A stretch of 33,846 nt of DNA, from NCBI GenBank assembly GCA_011525185.1, contig WTIQ01000240.1:1-33846 (forward strand). Reading direction: 5' to 3'. Origin of the DNA: Paracoccaceae bacterium. Lineage in GTDB: Bacteria; Pseudomonadota; Alphaproteobacteria; Rhodobacterales; Rhodobacteraceae. A model generated the notes under the pieces. That model searched no databases and had not been told where the DNA came from. It saw only the letters and a program-made list of their open reading frames with translations. Every line of letters begins with the position of its first letter. Within the stretch, counting starts at the first letter, position 1. This document shows, piece by piece, positions 1-9,631 of the stretch. The translations under genes were made by a program, and so were the position numbers.

Positions 1-752
1 GCGGGGATGACATTATTGGCTGGATTTCCAACATCAACTGTCGTCAGAGCAAGGGTTGAGCGGTCAAAATGCTTGGTTCCCTGATCTAAGTCATGGGAGG
101 CAAATTGATCCAGCAAACGCACAAGGGCAGGAATGGGGTTTTTGGCGCGGTGGGGATAGGCAGAATGCCCCTGAACACCCTGCGCTGTAAAATAAGCGGT
201 CATTGATCCACGGCGACCAATTTTCATCATATCGCCAAAGTGATCAGGGCATGTTGGTTCACCCACAAGACAATGATCCAACCGCTCATCATGCTCAGCC
301 ATCCAGTCTAGGATAGCGGTGGTGCCATCCACGGCGTCGCCTTCTTCATCGCCAGTGATCATAATAACAAGAGAGCCATCAGGGGGTGTTGTTGTCACAA
401 ATTCTATTGCCGCAGACACATAGGCGGCAACACCCGATTTCATATCAACAGCGCCGCGTCCGTAAAGATACCCATCCTTTTCCACTGCGCCAAAGGGATC
501 CACACTCCAATCAGACGGGTCACCTATAGGTACAACATCAGTGTGGCCATTAAAGCCAATGCTCCTACCGTTTTGACGATCCCCCCAGCGTGCAAAAAGG
601 TTATCAACCTTCCCCCTTGGAATACGGGTACAGTCAAAACCATGTGTCTCTAAAAGCGCTTGGAGATGATCTAATGCGCCACCGTCCTCTGGTGTCACCG
701 AGGGGCAACGGATCAACTCGGCGGTCAGCGCAACGGGGTCAATTCGTGTCAT
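1..752 (-). CDS. dapE: succinyl-diaminopimelate desuccinylase (DapE); the C-terminus runs off the left edge
   Basis: Absent from the ORF track because it is open to the window edge. Manual minus-strand translation from the ATG at 752-750 gives [41 protein letters not shown]...[10 protein letters not shown]...[10 protein letters not shown]...ITGDEEG, typical of an M20/DapE N-terminal half. It lies in the same operon direction as dapD. Confidence 0.85.
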   Translation of the reverse strand, partial: MTRIDPVALTAELIRCPSVTPEDGGALDHLQALLETHGFDCTRIPRGKVDNLFARWGDRQNGRSIGFNGHTDVVPIGDPSDWSVDPFGAVEKDGYLYGRGAVDMKSGVAAYVSAAIEFVTTTPPDGSLVIMITGDEEGDAVDGTTAILDWMAEHDERLDHCLVGEPTCPDHFGDMMKIGRRGSMTAYFTAQGVQGHSAYPHRAKNPIPALVRLLDQFASHDLDQGTKHFDRSTLALTTVDVGNPANNVIP

Positions 753-764
753 CCGTTTCAGTCC

Positions 765-1445
765 TCATCTATGGGCTTCATCTGTGGGGAGGTGTTTTTT
801 TATTGAACGCGCTAGATCAGAAGGGTGAGTTATGATCTCCTCTGCGCCTGCCTCTGTCAACTCCTGCAAAGAACCATAGCCATATAAGGTGCCCACGGCT
901 TTTAATCCGTTGTTTCGTGCACCGATGATATCGTATTTTCGGTCACCAACCATAATGCAATCCGAAGCTTTAACGCCAAGCGCCGCCATCCCATGAGCAA
1001 TCAAAGAGGTTTTATCCGATAGGCCACCATCATCATGGGAGCCAAACTCTTGGGTCAGATACGGCGCAATCCCGTAATGGGCCGTGATTTTTGAGGCCGC
1101 GTACAAAGGCTTGGCCGTGGCAAGACAAAGGCGATAGCCCGCATCCTTCAGCTCGGCCAATTGCTCCAAAATGCCATCATAGAGACCATTTTCTAGCCAG
1201 CCAGAGACTTCATAGCGCTCACGATACAAGAAAACCGCGCGGTCAAGATCCTGCTCTGGAACGCCGAGCGTTCGAAAGCTATCCCAAAGCGGCGGGCCGA
1301 TCATCCAAGCGCCTTCACCCTCAAACGGAGGCAGGTCCATTTTATCGAGCGCATAGGACACACAGTTTAAGATCCCTTTGCCTGCGTCAGTTAAGGTCCC
1401 GTCCAGATCCAGAAATACCACCTTCATATCAGGCATCATTCGCAT
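765..1445 (-). CDS. HAD-superfamily hydrolase (phosphoglycolate-phosphatase-like)
   Basis: 226-aa ORF with the HAD motif I VVFLDLDGTLTD and a C-terminal GDRKYD motif. The start is ambiguous among ATGs at 1445, 1439, 1436 and 1427. It overlaps the stop of the upstream ORF. Confidence 0.8.
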   Translation of the reverse strand: MRMMPDMKVVFLDLDGTLTDAGKGILNCVSYALDKMDLPPFEGEGAWMIGPPLWDSFRTLGVPEQDLDRAVFLYRERYEVSGWLENGLYDGILEQLAELKDAGYRLCLATAKPLYAASKITAHYGIAPYLTQEFGSHDDGGLSDKTSLIAHGMAALGVKASDCIMVGDRKYDIIGARNNGLKAVGTLYGYGSLQELTEAGAEEIITHPSDLARSIKKHLPTDEAHR

Positions 1446-1776
1446 AAAGGGGCGTCATTTGGGCAACAATCACCGCATTTTCCTCTAACGCCCGTTGCAT
1501 CAGAGCTTTTTCTTGATCGTCTATCACCGTCCCCTCGGCCTCTTGTTCGGCAAGAGTACCATATCCCGTGATATCCAATGGGTTTAAATCAGCTTGGCGG
1601 ATAAGAGCGACTGTTTCGCGCACTGCCTCTGCCTCGTCCACACCGCCTGCATAACACATCAGAGCGGCACCAACAGAATCCTCTGGCAAACCATCGTTTT
1701 TTTGCCGTCCGACTTGGACCAACAGAGTGTAAACGTCTTGGCTTTTCTTTGGAGGCTTCTGTTTTTGCTCGTTCAT
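1429..1776 (-). CDS. hypothetical small acidic protein (115 aa), no family recognised
   Basis: Open frame fills the gap between dapD and the HAD gene on the same strand. Its stop overlaps the HAD start region. The frame shows coding-like composition, and I recognise no motif. Confidence 0.55.
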   Translation of the reverse strand: MNEQKQKPPKKSQDVYTLLVQVGRQKNDGLPEDSVGAALMCYAGGVDEAEAVRETVALIRQADLNPLDITGYGTLAEQEAEGTVIDDQEKALMQRALEENAVIVAQMTPLYANDA

Positions 1777-1807
1777 TTGAGTGACATCTCAAGTCGCATC
1801 CAGCCCA

Positions 1808-2635
1808 TCAATCGCGCAATAATTCGTTGATCCCTGTCTTGCTACGGGTTTTTTCATCGACACGCTTGACGATCACGGCACAATAGAGACTTATCCCATT
1901 TTTCGAGGGCATGCTGCCAGAGACCACCACGGAATAGGGTGGCACTTCGCCATAGCTCACGTCACCCGTCTCCCGATCCACAATTTTTGTCGATTTTCCA
2001 ATATAGACACCCATTCCAAGAACAGAGCCCTCTCGCACGATGCAGCCCTCTACGACCTCTGATCGCGCGCCGATAAAGCAATTGTCTTCGATAATTGTAG
2101 GGCCTGCCTGCATTGGCTCAAGCACACCGCCAATCCCGACACCACCAGAAAGATGCACATTTTTACCAATTTGTGCGCAGCTTCCTACAGTGGCCCATGT
2201 GTCAACCATCGTTCCTTCATCGACATAGGCACCAAGGTTTACAAAAGATGGCATCAAAACAACGCCTGGGGCAATAAAGGCAGATTTTCGCACAATACAG
2301 TTCGGGACAGCCCGAAACCCAGCAGCGCGCCATTGATTATCGCCCCAGCCTTTGAATTTGCTGTCCACTTTGTCCCACCAGCCAGAGCCCTGTGGTCCGC
2401 CCTCTTGGATTTCCATATCTTTAATCCGAAACCCAAGGAGAACAGCCTTCTTGGCCCATTGGTTCACATGCCATTCGCCACTTTCACGGCGTTCAGCAAC
2501 ACGAAGCTGCCCAGAATCTAGGGCATTTAATGTTTCTTCAATCGCGTCGCGCGTTTCGCCCGTTGTGGTCGGTGAAATTGTGTCGCGGGCCTCCCAAGCG
2601 GCTTCAATTGCAGTTTCTAATTGCGCATTGGACAT
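1808..2635 (-). CDS. dapD: 2,3,4,5-tetrahydropyridine-2,6-dicarboxylate N-succinyltransferase
   Basis: 275 aa. It has the DapD-type N-terminus ([10 protein letters not shown]...) and hexapeptide-repeat left-handed beta-helix segments ([36 protein letters not shown]). Confidence 0.95.
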   Translation of the reverse strand: MSNAQLETAIEAAWEARDTISPTTTGETRDAIEETLNALDSGQLRVAERRESGEWHVNQWAKKAVLLGFRIKDMEIQEGGPQGSGWWDKVDSKFKGWGDNQWRAAGFRAVPNCIVRKSAFIAPGVVLMPSFVNLGAYVDEGTMVDTWATVGSCAQIGKNVHLSGGVGIGGVLEPMQAGPTIIEDNCFIGARSEVVEGCIVREGSVLGMGVYIGKSTKIVDRETGDVSYGEVPPYSVVVSGSMPSKNGISLYCAVIVKRVDEKTRSKTGINELLRD

Positions 2636-2712
2636 AACTCTATCTCCTAAAAGGTTTTACGCTCTATATCTGTGCGTCTTTAGACAGACAATGCCTCTTC
2701 ACTCTCTGGCAA

Positions 2713-2738
2713 AGAAAAAGCCCCGCAAAAGCGGGGCC
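2713..2738 (-). terminator. rho-independent terminator downstream of coxM
   Basis: GC hairpin GCCCCGC-AAAA-GCGGGGC at 2720-2737. It is followed on the minus strand by a U-run (the A-run at 2715-2719 on plus) and lies about 27 nt past the coxM stop. A T-rich tract is also present on the plus side, so it may act in both directions. Confidence 0.7.
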
Positions 2739-2764
2739 TCTCATTTCTTTTTGAAAGAACCGTT

Positions 2765-3547
2765 TTAGTTCGCAGCAGCCACAGCACGACCCGTCAGCAC
2801 TTTGACGAGGTTCGCGCGATACGCTTTGCTGCCATGCAAGTCTGCGATCATATCGGCGGCATCGACGCTCAGATCAGCCAAGGCATCAGCAGAGAAATTC
2901 GCACTCAGAGCGGCTTCAGCCTCCGTCCAACGGAACACCCCATTTTCAGAGGCCCCCGTCACTGCGACACGCACTCCATCGGCATATTTAGCAACGAACA
3001 CACCAACCAAGGCAAAGCGAGAGGCGGGTTGTTCAAACTTTTGATAGTTTGACGCCTCTGGGATCGGCATTGACACAGATGTGATGATCTCTCCCTCTTC
3101 AAGGGCTGTTGTGAACATCCCCTGAAAATAATCATCCGCTGCAATGTCCCGTTTGTTCGTGGTGATCGTGGCGCCTGTGGCCAAAGCAATTGAGGGATAA
3201 CACGCGGCGGGATCGTTATTCGCCAGTGATCCACCAATGGTCCCGCGATTGCGCACCGCGGGATCACCAATGCCACCCGCAAGCCCTGTTAGACCCGCAA
3301 AGGCATCAGCGGCCTCTACATCTGCATGAGTCGTTGCGCCACCGATGGTAACCGAACCACCAGAAACTGACACACCTAGCATATCTGCAATGCCACCGAG
3401 ACTAACGAGCTTTGATGGACTGGCAAGGCGCTGCTTCATTGTAGGGATCAGTGTCTGACCACCGCCCAAGGCTTGCGCGTCTTCTGCACCCAGTGCTGCA
3501 ACGGCATCAGCAACACTCGAAGGTTTTACAAATTCAAAGTTATACAT
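2765..3547 (-). CDS. coxM: FAD-binding medium subunit of a xanthine-dehydrogenase-family molybdoenzyme (CoxM-like)
   Basis: The ORF-track protein matches CoxM/FAD_binding_5 proteins (MYNFEFVKPSSVADA...GGGQTLIPTMK...). I place the start at the ATG at 3547, which is preceded by GGAGGA. The longer 3583 form would overlap the coxL stop. Confidence 0.85.
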   Translation of the reverse strand: MYNFEFVKPSSVADAVAALGAEDAQALGGGQTLIPTMKQRLASPSKLVSLGGIADMLGVSVSGGSVTIGGATTHADVEAADAFAGLTGLAGGIGDPAVRNRGTIGGSLANNDPAACYPSIALATGATITTNKRDIAADDYFQGMFTTALEEGEIITSVSMPIPEASNYQKFEQPASRFALVGVFVAKYADGVRVAVTGASENGVFRWTEAEAALSANFSADALADLSVDAADMIADLHGSKAYRANLVKVLTGRAVAAAN

Positions 3548-3561
3548 GGATTTTCCTCCGA

Positions 3562-5928
3562 TTATCCGTTGATTGCTGACCAAACACGTGAGGGTGAGAC
3601 GGGCATATCAATGTGATCCACATGGGTGTGACCACCTGAATGCAACGCATCAATCACAGCATTGATGACTGAAGGCGGTGAGCCAATCGCCCCCGCTTCA
3701 CCACAGCCCTTCACCCCAAGCGGGTTATGGGTACATGGCGTCTGACAGGAGTGATCTACCGTAAAGAACGGCACATCTGAGGCACGCGGCATCGCATAAT
3801 CCATATAAGAGCCGCTCACCAACTGACCATTTTCATCATAGACCGTGTTTTCCAGCAATGCCTGACCGATACCTTGGCCAATACCACCATGCACTTGTCC
3901 AGATACGATCATCGGGTTGATCACATTGCCAAAATCATCCGCTGCAGAGAAGCTCTCAATGGTGACCTTGCCTGTTTCTGGATCAACTTCGACCTCGCAG
4001 GCGTAGGCACCTGATGGGTATGTGAAGTTTGATGGATCATAAAAGGCGGTTTCTTCCAGGCCTGGTTCAATGTCCTCCAGCGGATAATTGTGTGGGACAT
4101 AAGCCGCAAGCGTCACATCACCCCAAGCACAGGATTTATCCGTTCCAACAACATTGAACTGACCATCTTTGAGCTCAATATCAGCCTCAGACGCTTCAAG
4201 CAGGTGAGAGGCGATTTTCTTGGCCTTATTGATGATCTTTTCGGTTGCGCGCACCATTGCAGAACCACAGACCGCAATGGAGCGTGATCCATAAGTCCCC
4301 ATTCCAAATGGAATTTTGGAGCTGTCACCATGAACGATGTCGATCATACCCTCATCGATGCCAAGCATTTCTGCAACCACTTGTGGAAAGGCAGTTTCGT
4401 GCCCTTGGCCGTGGCTATGCGCGCCAACCATGACACTGATAGAACCAGTCGCGTTCACACGAACCGTCGCAGCATCATAAAGTCCAGCACGCGCGCCCAA
4501 CTGTCCAACCAAGTTTGATGGTGCGATACCACAGGCTTCGATGTAGCAATTTACACCCAAACCGCGCAGTTTGCCTTTGGCTTCAGAGGCCTTACGACGG
4601 GCTTCAAAGCCAGACAGGTCCGCGATTTCCTCAAGCTTGTCCATTGTTGCCACATAGTCGCCCGTGTCATATTCAACCGCCACTGGGGTTGCATAGGGAA
4701 ACTCAGAGATAAAGTTCTGGCGACGCAGGGCAATTGGATCAACGCCGAGTTCACGGGCCGCTTTGTCAATCACGCGCTCGAGCTGGTAGGTCGCCTCTGG
4801 ACGGCCTGCACCACGGTACGCATCAACGGCAACCGTATTGGTAAACACTGCTTTTACGTTGACGTAAACAAGCGGCGTTCGATAGTTCCCCGCCATAAGC
4901 GTACCATGCAACCATGTCGGCACCGAAGGTGCAAACGTGCTGAGATACGCGCCCATATTGGCATATGTGTCAGTCCGGATCGCAGTAAAGTTATTGTCTG
5001 CGTCAAGAGCGAGTTCGATCTTGGTCACATGGTCGCGGCCTTGCGCATCAGAAATGAAAGACTCAGACCGGGATGATGTCCATTTCACTGCCCGATTGAT
5101 CTGACGGGCCGCGAATGTACAAAAAGCCTCTTCCGCGTAATGGAAGATTTTCGTTCCAAAACCGCCACCCACATCGGGCGCAACAACCCGTAGTTTATGC
5201 TCTGGAATGCCCAAAACAAATGCGCCCATCAAAAGGCGGATAACGTGCGGGTTCTGAGAGGTCGTATAGAGCGTGCTTTCATCATTAGCGCGGTTGTAAT
5301 CACCAATGGCAACACGGGGTTCCATCGGATTTGCCACCAAACGCTGATTAACCAATTCAAGAGAGGTCACATGTGCCGCATTGGCAAAGGCCTCGCCAAC
5401 GGCCGCTTTGTTTTCCTCAACAAAACCCCAATCGTAGCAAAGGTTTGATGTAAGATCGTCGTGAACCTTGGGTGCGCCGTCTTTGACCGCTTCCCTCATG
5501 TCGATCACGGCGGGAAGCTCATCAATTTCGACGTTTATGGCCTCGGCGGCATCGCGTGCCACGGCTGCACTGTCGGCGATAACTGCAGCAATAGGGTCAC
5601 CTACATGGCGCACTTTACCTTGTGCAAGTACAGGGTGCGCTGGTTCTTGCATGGGTTCACCATGGCGGTCTGTCACTTGCCAGCCACAAGGCAATCCGCC
5701 AACACCTTCAAAATCAGCTCCTGTAAAGATGCGCACAACGCCTGGCATGCCTTCTGCTGCGCTTGTGTCAACGCTCTTTAGTTTGCCGTGGGCCACGGTT
5801 GAACGCAGAAAATAGACATAGGCCTGTCCATTTACATTAATATCATCGGTGTATTGACCTGTTCCGGTCAGAAATCTTACGTCTTCGCGGCGCTTGCTTG
5901 GGGCGCCGATGCCACTGTCCTTAGGCAT
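3562..5928 (-). CDS. coxL: molybdopterin-binding large subunit, form II CoxL-like (putative CO dehydrogenase family)
   Basis: 788 aa with aldehyde oxidase/xanthine dehydrogenase architecture. The active-site loop reads [12 protein letters not shown], the AYRGAGR form II signature rather than the form I AYXCSFR. Confidence 0.9.
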   Translation of the reverse strand: MPKDSGIGAPSKRREDVRFLTGTGQYTDDINVNGQAYVYFLRSTVAHGKLKSVDTSAAEGMPGVVRIFTGADFEGVGGLPCGWQVTDRHGEPMQEPAHPVLAQGKVRHVGDPIAAVIADSAAVARDAAEAINVEIDELPAVIDMREAVKDGAPKVHDDLTSNLCYDWGFVEENKAAVGEAFANAAHVTSLELVNQRLVANPMEPRVAIGDYNRANDESTLYTTSQNPHVIRLLMGAFVLGIPEHKLRVVAPDVGGGFGTKIFHYAEEAFCTFAARQINRAVKWTSSRSESFISDAQGRDHVTKIELALDADNNFTAIRTDTYANMGAYLSTFAPSVPTWLHGTLMAGNYRTPLVYVNVKAVFTNTVAVDAYRGAGRPEATYQLERVIDKAARELGVDPIALRRQNFISEFPYATPVAVEYDTGDYVATMDKLEEIADLSGFEARRKASEAKGKLRGLGVNCYIEACGIAPSNLVGQLGARAGLYDAATVRVNATGSISVMVGAHSHGQGHETAFPQVVAEMLGIDEGMIDIVHGDSSKIPFGMGTYGSRSIAVCGSAMVRATEKIINKAKKIASHLLEASEADIELKDGQFNVVGTDKSCAWGDVTLAAYVPHNYPLEDIEPGLEETAFYDPSNFTYPSGAYACEVEVDPETGKVTIESFSAADDFGNVINPMIVSGQVHGGIGQGIGQALLENTVYDENGQLVSGSYMDYAMPRASDVPFFTVDHSCQTPCTHNPLGVKGCGEAGAIGSPPSVINAVIDALHSGGHTHVDHIDMPVSPSRVWSAING

Positions 5929-5964
5929 AATAAACTCTCCTTGCTGGTTTAGCTCAGTCTTATT

Positions 5965-6450
5965 TTATTCTGCGGCAATTGCTGAAACATCTTGGCCAGA
6001 TGCAGCCATGATAGATTTCACGATATTGTGGTATCCGGTACAACGACAGATGTTACCCTCAAGGTGGTCTCTGATCTCTGTTTCGGTTGGTTTGGGGTTT
6101 TTCTTGAGCAATTCAGCCGCTGCCATCACCATGCCTGGTGTGCAAAACCCGCACTGTAGCCCGTGATGATCCTGAAATGCTTGCTGGATTGTGTTCAAAG
6201 ATCCATCTGCATTTGCTTGACCTTCGATGGTATCGACTGTTGCGCCATCCGCATCAGAGGCAAACATTGTGCAAGACTTGATCGCTTTTCCGTTTACATG
6301 AACGGTACATGCGCCACATTGGCTGGTGTCACAGCCCACATGCGTCCCCGTCAGGTTTAATTCGTTTCGCAGAAAGTCCACAAGCAAAGTGCGACCCTCT
6401 ACCTCACCGCTTGCGGATTTACCGTTCACGGTCATCGTCACAGTTGTCAT
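5965..6450 (-). CDS. coxS: [2Fe-2S] small subunit (CoxS-like)
   Basis: 161 aa. It has both cluster motifs, [12 protein letters not shown] and CGFCTPGM...CRCTGY. Confidence 0.9.
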   Translation of the reverse strand: MTTVTMTVNGKSASGEVEGRTLLVDFLRNELNLTGTHVGCDTSQCGACTVHVNGKAIKSCTMFASDADGATVDTIEGQANADGSLNTIQQAFQDHHGLQCGFCTPGMVMAAAELLKKNPKPTETEIRDHLEGNICRCTGYHNIVKSIMAASGQDVSAIAAE

Positions 6451-6729
6451 TTAAGTCCTCCTCATCGTATGTCTTTAGAAGTATCTATGGTCGGAAACTT
6501 CTTTCGATTCCCTTTGGTTATACGTTACGGTCCTATGATCCCATATGGCAACGATTGTTTGTGCGTTCATTTTGCCGCATGCGACAAAAGTCACGATAGA
6601 TCGTAGGGATGGGATCAGAAAGTACTCGGTCCATTTAAGAGCTTAGGGTGAAGTGAGCCACCTTGGCAAGAACTATGACCCCCCTACTTTAGTCCATTGC
6701 GCGCAAGTTGCTGCGTTGATGGATAAGAC

Positions 6730-7305
6730 TCAACGTTTGTGTTTTTTTAAATACACATACAAAGCACCTGAGCCGCCATGTCTTATGTGAGCCTCTTCCA
6801 CTTGGAGCACCTGTTTTTGTAAATGAGCTTGTCGGAGCCATTGGGGAACCTGCTGTCGCAATACACCGCGGCCCTGTTCCATCCAGTGATCAGTGTCTCG
6901 GGCACCCTTTCCCGTCACGATCAATACCAAACGCAACCCAGCACCAAAACTACTGTTGATAAAATTATGTGTCGCGCCGTGGGCCTGTGCAACCGTGAGG
7001 CCGTGTAAATCGAGGATAGCTTCTGGCTTGAGTTTGCCCCTCTTCATCTTGGAATATGCTCTGGCATCCATCTTTGGCGCTGGTGCTCGCATTCGTAACA
7101 GAGGCCTACTTTCAAATCTAGGCTCGATATTGGGTAAGGGTTTCGGCTTTTTGCTCCGCTTTTGGGTATTGTTTGAACTTGGAGTTAATTTATGAGGCTC
7201 CACGAACAAAGGCTGCTTTTCATGCGCCTTTGTGGACATGGGTTGGGCGTCTTTTACGACCTTTTGCCAGAGCTCAAACTCCTCACGATTTAGCGTACGC
7301 TTCAT
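6730..7305 (-). CDS. Smr (MutS2-related small endonuclease) domain protein
   Basis: 191 aa. The C-terminal Smr domain reads LDLHGLTVAQAH...LVLIVTGKG...GGSGALYVYLK. An ATGA start/stop overlap joins it to mltA. Confidence 0.8.
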   Translation of the reverse strand: MKRTLNREEFELWQKVVKDAQPMSTKAHEKQPLFVEPHKLTPSSNNTQKRSKKPKPLPNIEPRFESRPLLRMRAPAPKMDARAYSKMKRGKLKPEAILDLHGLTVAQAHGATHNFINSSFGAGLRLVLIVTGKGARDTDHWMEQGRGVLRQQVPQWLRQAHLQKQVLQVEEAHIRHGGSGALYVYLKKHKR

Positions 7306-8339
7306 CGCTCCAAGCCCACATGAGCAAGACGAAGTGCCCGCGCCACAGGCAAAAGCACATAAACCACACCCGTATCTTTTATTTGTGCTGCAAGAGACCC
7401 AGCGTCCTTGCCCGTGCCATAGAAAACATCATTCCGCTGCGCCCCTTTAATTTTTGATCCTGTATCCTGCGCGATCGCCATACGCCGCAGTGGAAACTGA
7501 CCAGACTTATCGACCCATACGGGGGAGCCAAGGGGAATGAATTTTGGATCAACCGCAACAGACCTTAGCTCACTTAAAGGAACTGTCATTGCGCCAACGG
7601 GGCCTTTAGAAGGGCTAAGCTTTTGTATTTCTCGAAAAAACACATAATTCGTATTGTGGTGCAGCAGCCGCCTGCCCGCTTGGGGATTGTTTTTGACCCA
7701 ATTTTTAATCACCGCGGCAGAGGCTTGGTGTTGATTAAGAATGCCGCGTCGGACCAGTTCCTGTCCGATTGATCTATAGGGATGGCCATTTGACGCAGAA
7801 TATCCAAATCGTAACGTGCTGCCATCTGTCAGTCGGATACGTCCAGAGCCCTGTATTTGAAGAAACATTAGATCGACAGGATCATCTAGGTAGGCTATTT
7901 TCAATCCGCGCCCACTTAAAACACCCCTCGTTTCAATCTTGGCTCTGGTTTTCCAAAGACGCCCCTCTTTGACCTCTGGGGGCTTGGAATAAATCGGAAA
8001 GCGAAATCTATTGGTTTTGGTGCGGCTACCAAACAGTTCGGGTTCATAATATCCCGTAAACAAAGGCGGCTCACCGTTTTCTATTCGAACAGGCTTAAAA
8101 AAGCTTTCAAAAAACGCTCTGGCATCGGGCCCGCTTTGTGAGACAGCGCATAGCTTTTCCATTTCCAGATCATTCACTAGACCACAAGAGGCATTAAATG
8201 CACGCAATGCCTTTGTGTGGTCATCGCTTTCCCAACCAGGAAGATCTGAAAATTCATGTAGTGTTACAGTTACGCCAGACCAAGCCGCTCCAGTTGCGAC
8301 ATATAAAAATGCGATAAAAAGGGCGGCCCCCCGTCTCAT
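7302..8339 (-). CDS. mltA: membrane-bound lytic murein transglycosylase A
   Basis: 345 aa with an N-terminal signal-like segment, an MltA-type core (FTGYYEPE...LQIQGSGR...) and a 3D-domain C-terminus (AQDTGSKIKG...DVFYG). An ATGA overlap joins it to the upstream gene. Confidence 0.85.
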   Translation of the reverse strand: MRRGAALFIAFLYVATGAAWSGVTVTLHEFSDLPGWESDDHTKALRAFNASCGLVNDLEMEKLCAVSQSGPDARAFFESFFKPVRIENGEPPLFTGYYEPELFGSRTKTNRFRFPIYSKPPEVKEGRLWKTRAKIETRGVLSGRGLKIAYLDDPVDLMFLQIQGSGRIRLTDGSTLRFGYSASNGHPYRSIGQELVRRGILNQHQASAAVIKNWVKNNPQAGRRLLHHNTNYVFFREIQKLSPSKGPVGAMTVPLSELRSVAVDPKFIPLGSPVWVDKSGQFPLRRMAIAQDTGSKIKGAQRNDVFYGTGKDAGSLAAQIKDTGVVYVLLPVARALRLAHVGLER

Positions 8340-8980
8340 TGATCCGTGGCAACGAGACGCCAGTTTGGATCACTAGAGCGCATATCCTTTGAAAAAGTCC
8401 AGATGTCTTTCTGGCGCTTGACCTGTTTGGCATCACCCTCGATCACTTCTCCATCAGCGTTGCGTACTTCTGAAAACAATTCAGCGGTAAACTGAACCGT
8501 TAGATCGGCCACCTGAGTGTCTGCATCGAGCTGCACATCCTGAAGCTTCATCTCGCGGATCCCTGCAAAATCAGCATGAATGGTAAGCCCCTGCTCCGTT
8601 CGACTGGCCACAACCTCGTCAAATGTCTCTGCAACCTCTTCTGAAAGATAGGGTCGGATGTCGTCGATCTCCCCTTTCTCAAATCCCATGAGGATCATTT
8701 CATATGCGGCCCTTGCCCCAGACAAAAAATCAGAGAGGCGGAATTCAGGATCGACGCGTTTGATGGATGAAATAGTCTCAACCATGGGAGAATCTTCTGG
8801 AACGTGATCTGTGATGTCGGTATCAGGGCCGCCCTCTATCACTTGAAAATCACGTGCAGGCGCTTCTGGCCTGTTTGCTTCAGGCGGCTTCTCAAATCCT
8901 TCTCGTGTTCCCAGAACACTTCTTAAGCGCAGAACCAAAAACACTGCTATAGCAAGAAGTATCAGAAGTTCATATTTCAT
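8336..8980 (-). CDS. Tim44-like domain membrane protein
   Basis: 214 aa with one N-terminal TM helix (LLILLAIAVFLVLRL) and a C-terminal Tim44-like fold region ending ...DIWTFSKD...DPNWRLVAT. It sits in the conserved alphaproteobacterial neighbourhood with secB, fxsA and mltA. Confidence 0.75.
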   Translation of the reverse strand: MKYELLILLAIAVFLVLRLRSVLGTREGFEKPPEANRPEAPARDFQVIEGGPDTDITDHVPEDSPMVETISSIKRVDPEFRLSDFLSGARAAYEMILMGFEKGEIDDIRPYLSEEVAETFDEVVASRTEQGLTIHADFAGIREMKLQDVQLDADTQVADLTVQFTAELFSEVRNADGEVIEGDAKQVKRQKDIWTFSKDMRSSDPNWRLVATDQ

Positions 8981-9095
8981 TAGATGATCCTGTCATGTTT
9001 ATTTCACGTCTAGAAAAAACGCCTCTGCCTTATTATGTAGGATGAGAGAAAGAACAAGTCCACAACTGGAATATCTGAAAGGGCTCTCGCGGACA

Positions 9096-9572
9096 ATGTG
9101 GTTATTTTTTTTCTTTGTTGCAGTACCGATTATTGAAATTGCATTATTTATCCAAGTTGGCGGCTGGCTTGGGCTTTTTCCGACGCTCGCAATTGTCATT
9201 ATTACCGCTGCGCTTGGAACATATCTGGTCCGAAGTCAGGCGATCGAAACCTTTGCCTCTGTTAAGCAGCAATTCACCTCGCTGAGAGATCCGTCAGAAC
9301 CCTTAGCGCATGCCGCAATGATTATATTTGCAGGCGCTTTGCTGCTCACGCCTGGCTTTTTTACGGATACGGTCGGCTTTTTGCTCTAGGTCCCCAGTAT
9401 TCGTGCGAATATTTTCTCTCAGATAAAGGCGCGCGCGAGCAAAGCCCAATCAACAAACCGCGCTCATTTCTCGTATCATCAGTCTTCTTATCGTGAACGA
9501 GACAAGGGCCCAACAATTATAGAGGGCGAATATTCAGTAAGAAACAATGATAATGACAAAGCGTCTCGTTAA
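9096..9572 (+). pseudogene. fxsA: fxsA interrupted by an in-frame TAG at 9387-9389
   Basis: The N-terminal part, MWLFFFFVAVPIIEIALFIQVGGWLG...LLLTPGFFTDTVGFLL, stops at a TAG. The same frame then continues with no further stop for 60 codons (VPSIRANIFSQIK...IIEGEYSVRNNDNDKASR) to the TAA at 9570-9572. This reproduces the FxsA C-terminus: compare E. coli ...PGFFTDFLGLLLLLPPV... and ...DGEYQRKDD. Confidence 0.8.
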
Positions 9573-9631
9573 ATTATTGTAGCCCAGCGTCAGAGCTGAT
9601 AACGAGAGACCCGATTTACACAGGAAAACCG

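Noticed and set aside
6451-6729. Possible tRNA or small RNA in the coxS-smr intergenic region
   Set aside because: There is no T-loop (GTTCRANYC) or cloverleaf-compatible pairing and no promoter-plus-terminator pair. The only dyads are a short TTGCGCGCAA palindrome and the dyad reported separately.
9000-9015. parS-like half site TATTTCACGTCTAGAA between the Tim44-like gene and fxsA
   Set aside because: It matches the parS consensus at only 11 of 16 positions and the right arm is destroyed. It is probably chance.
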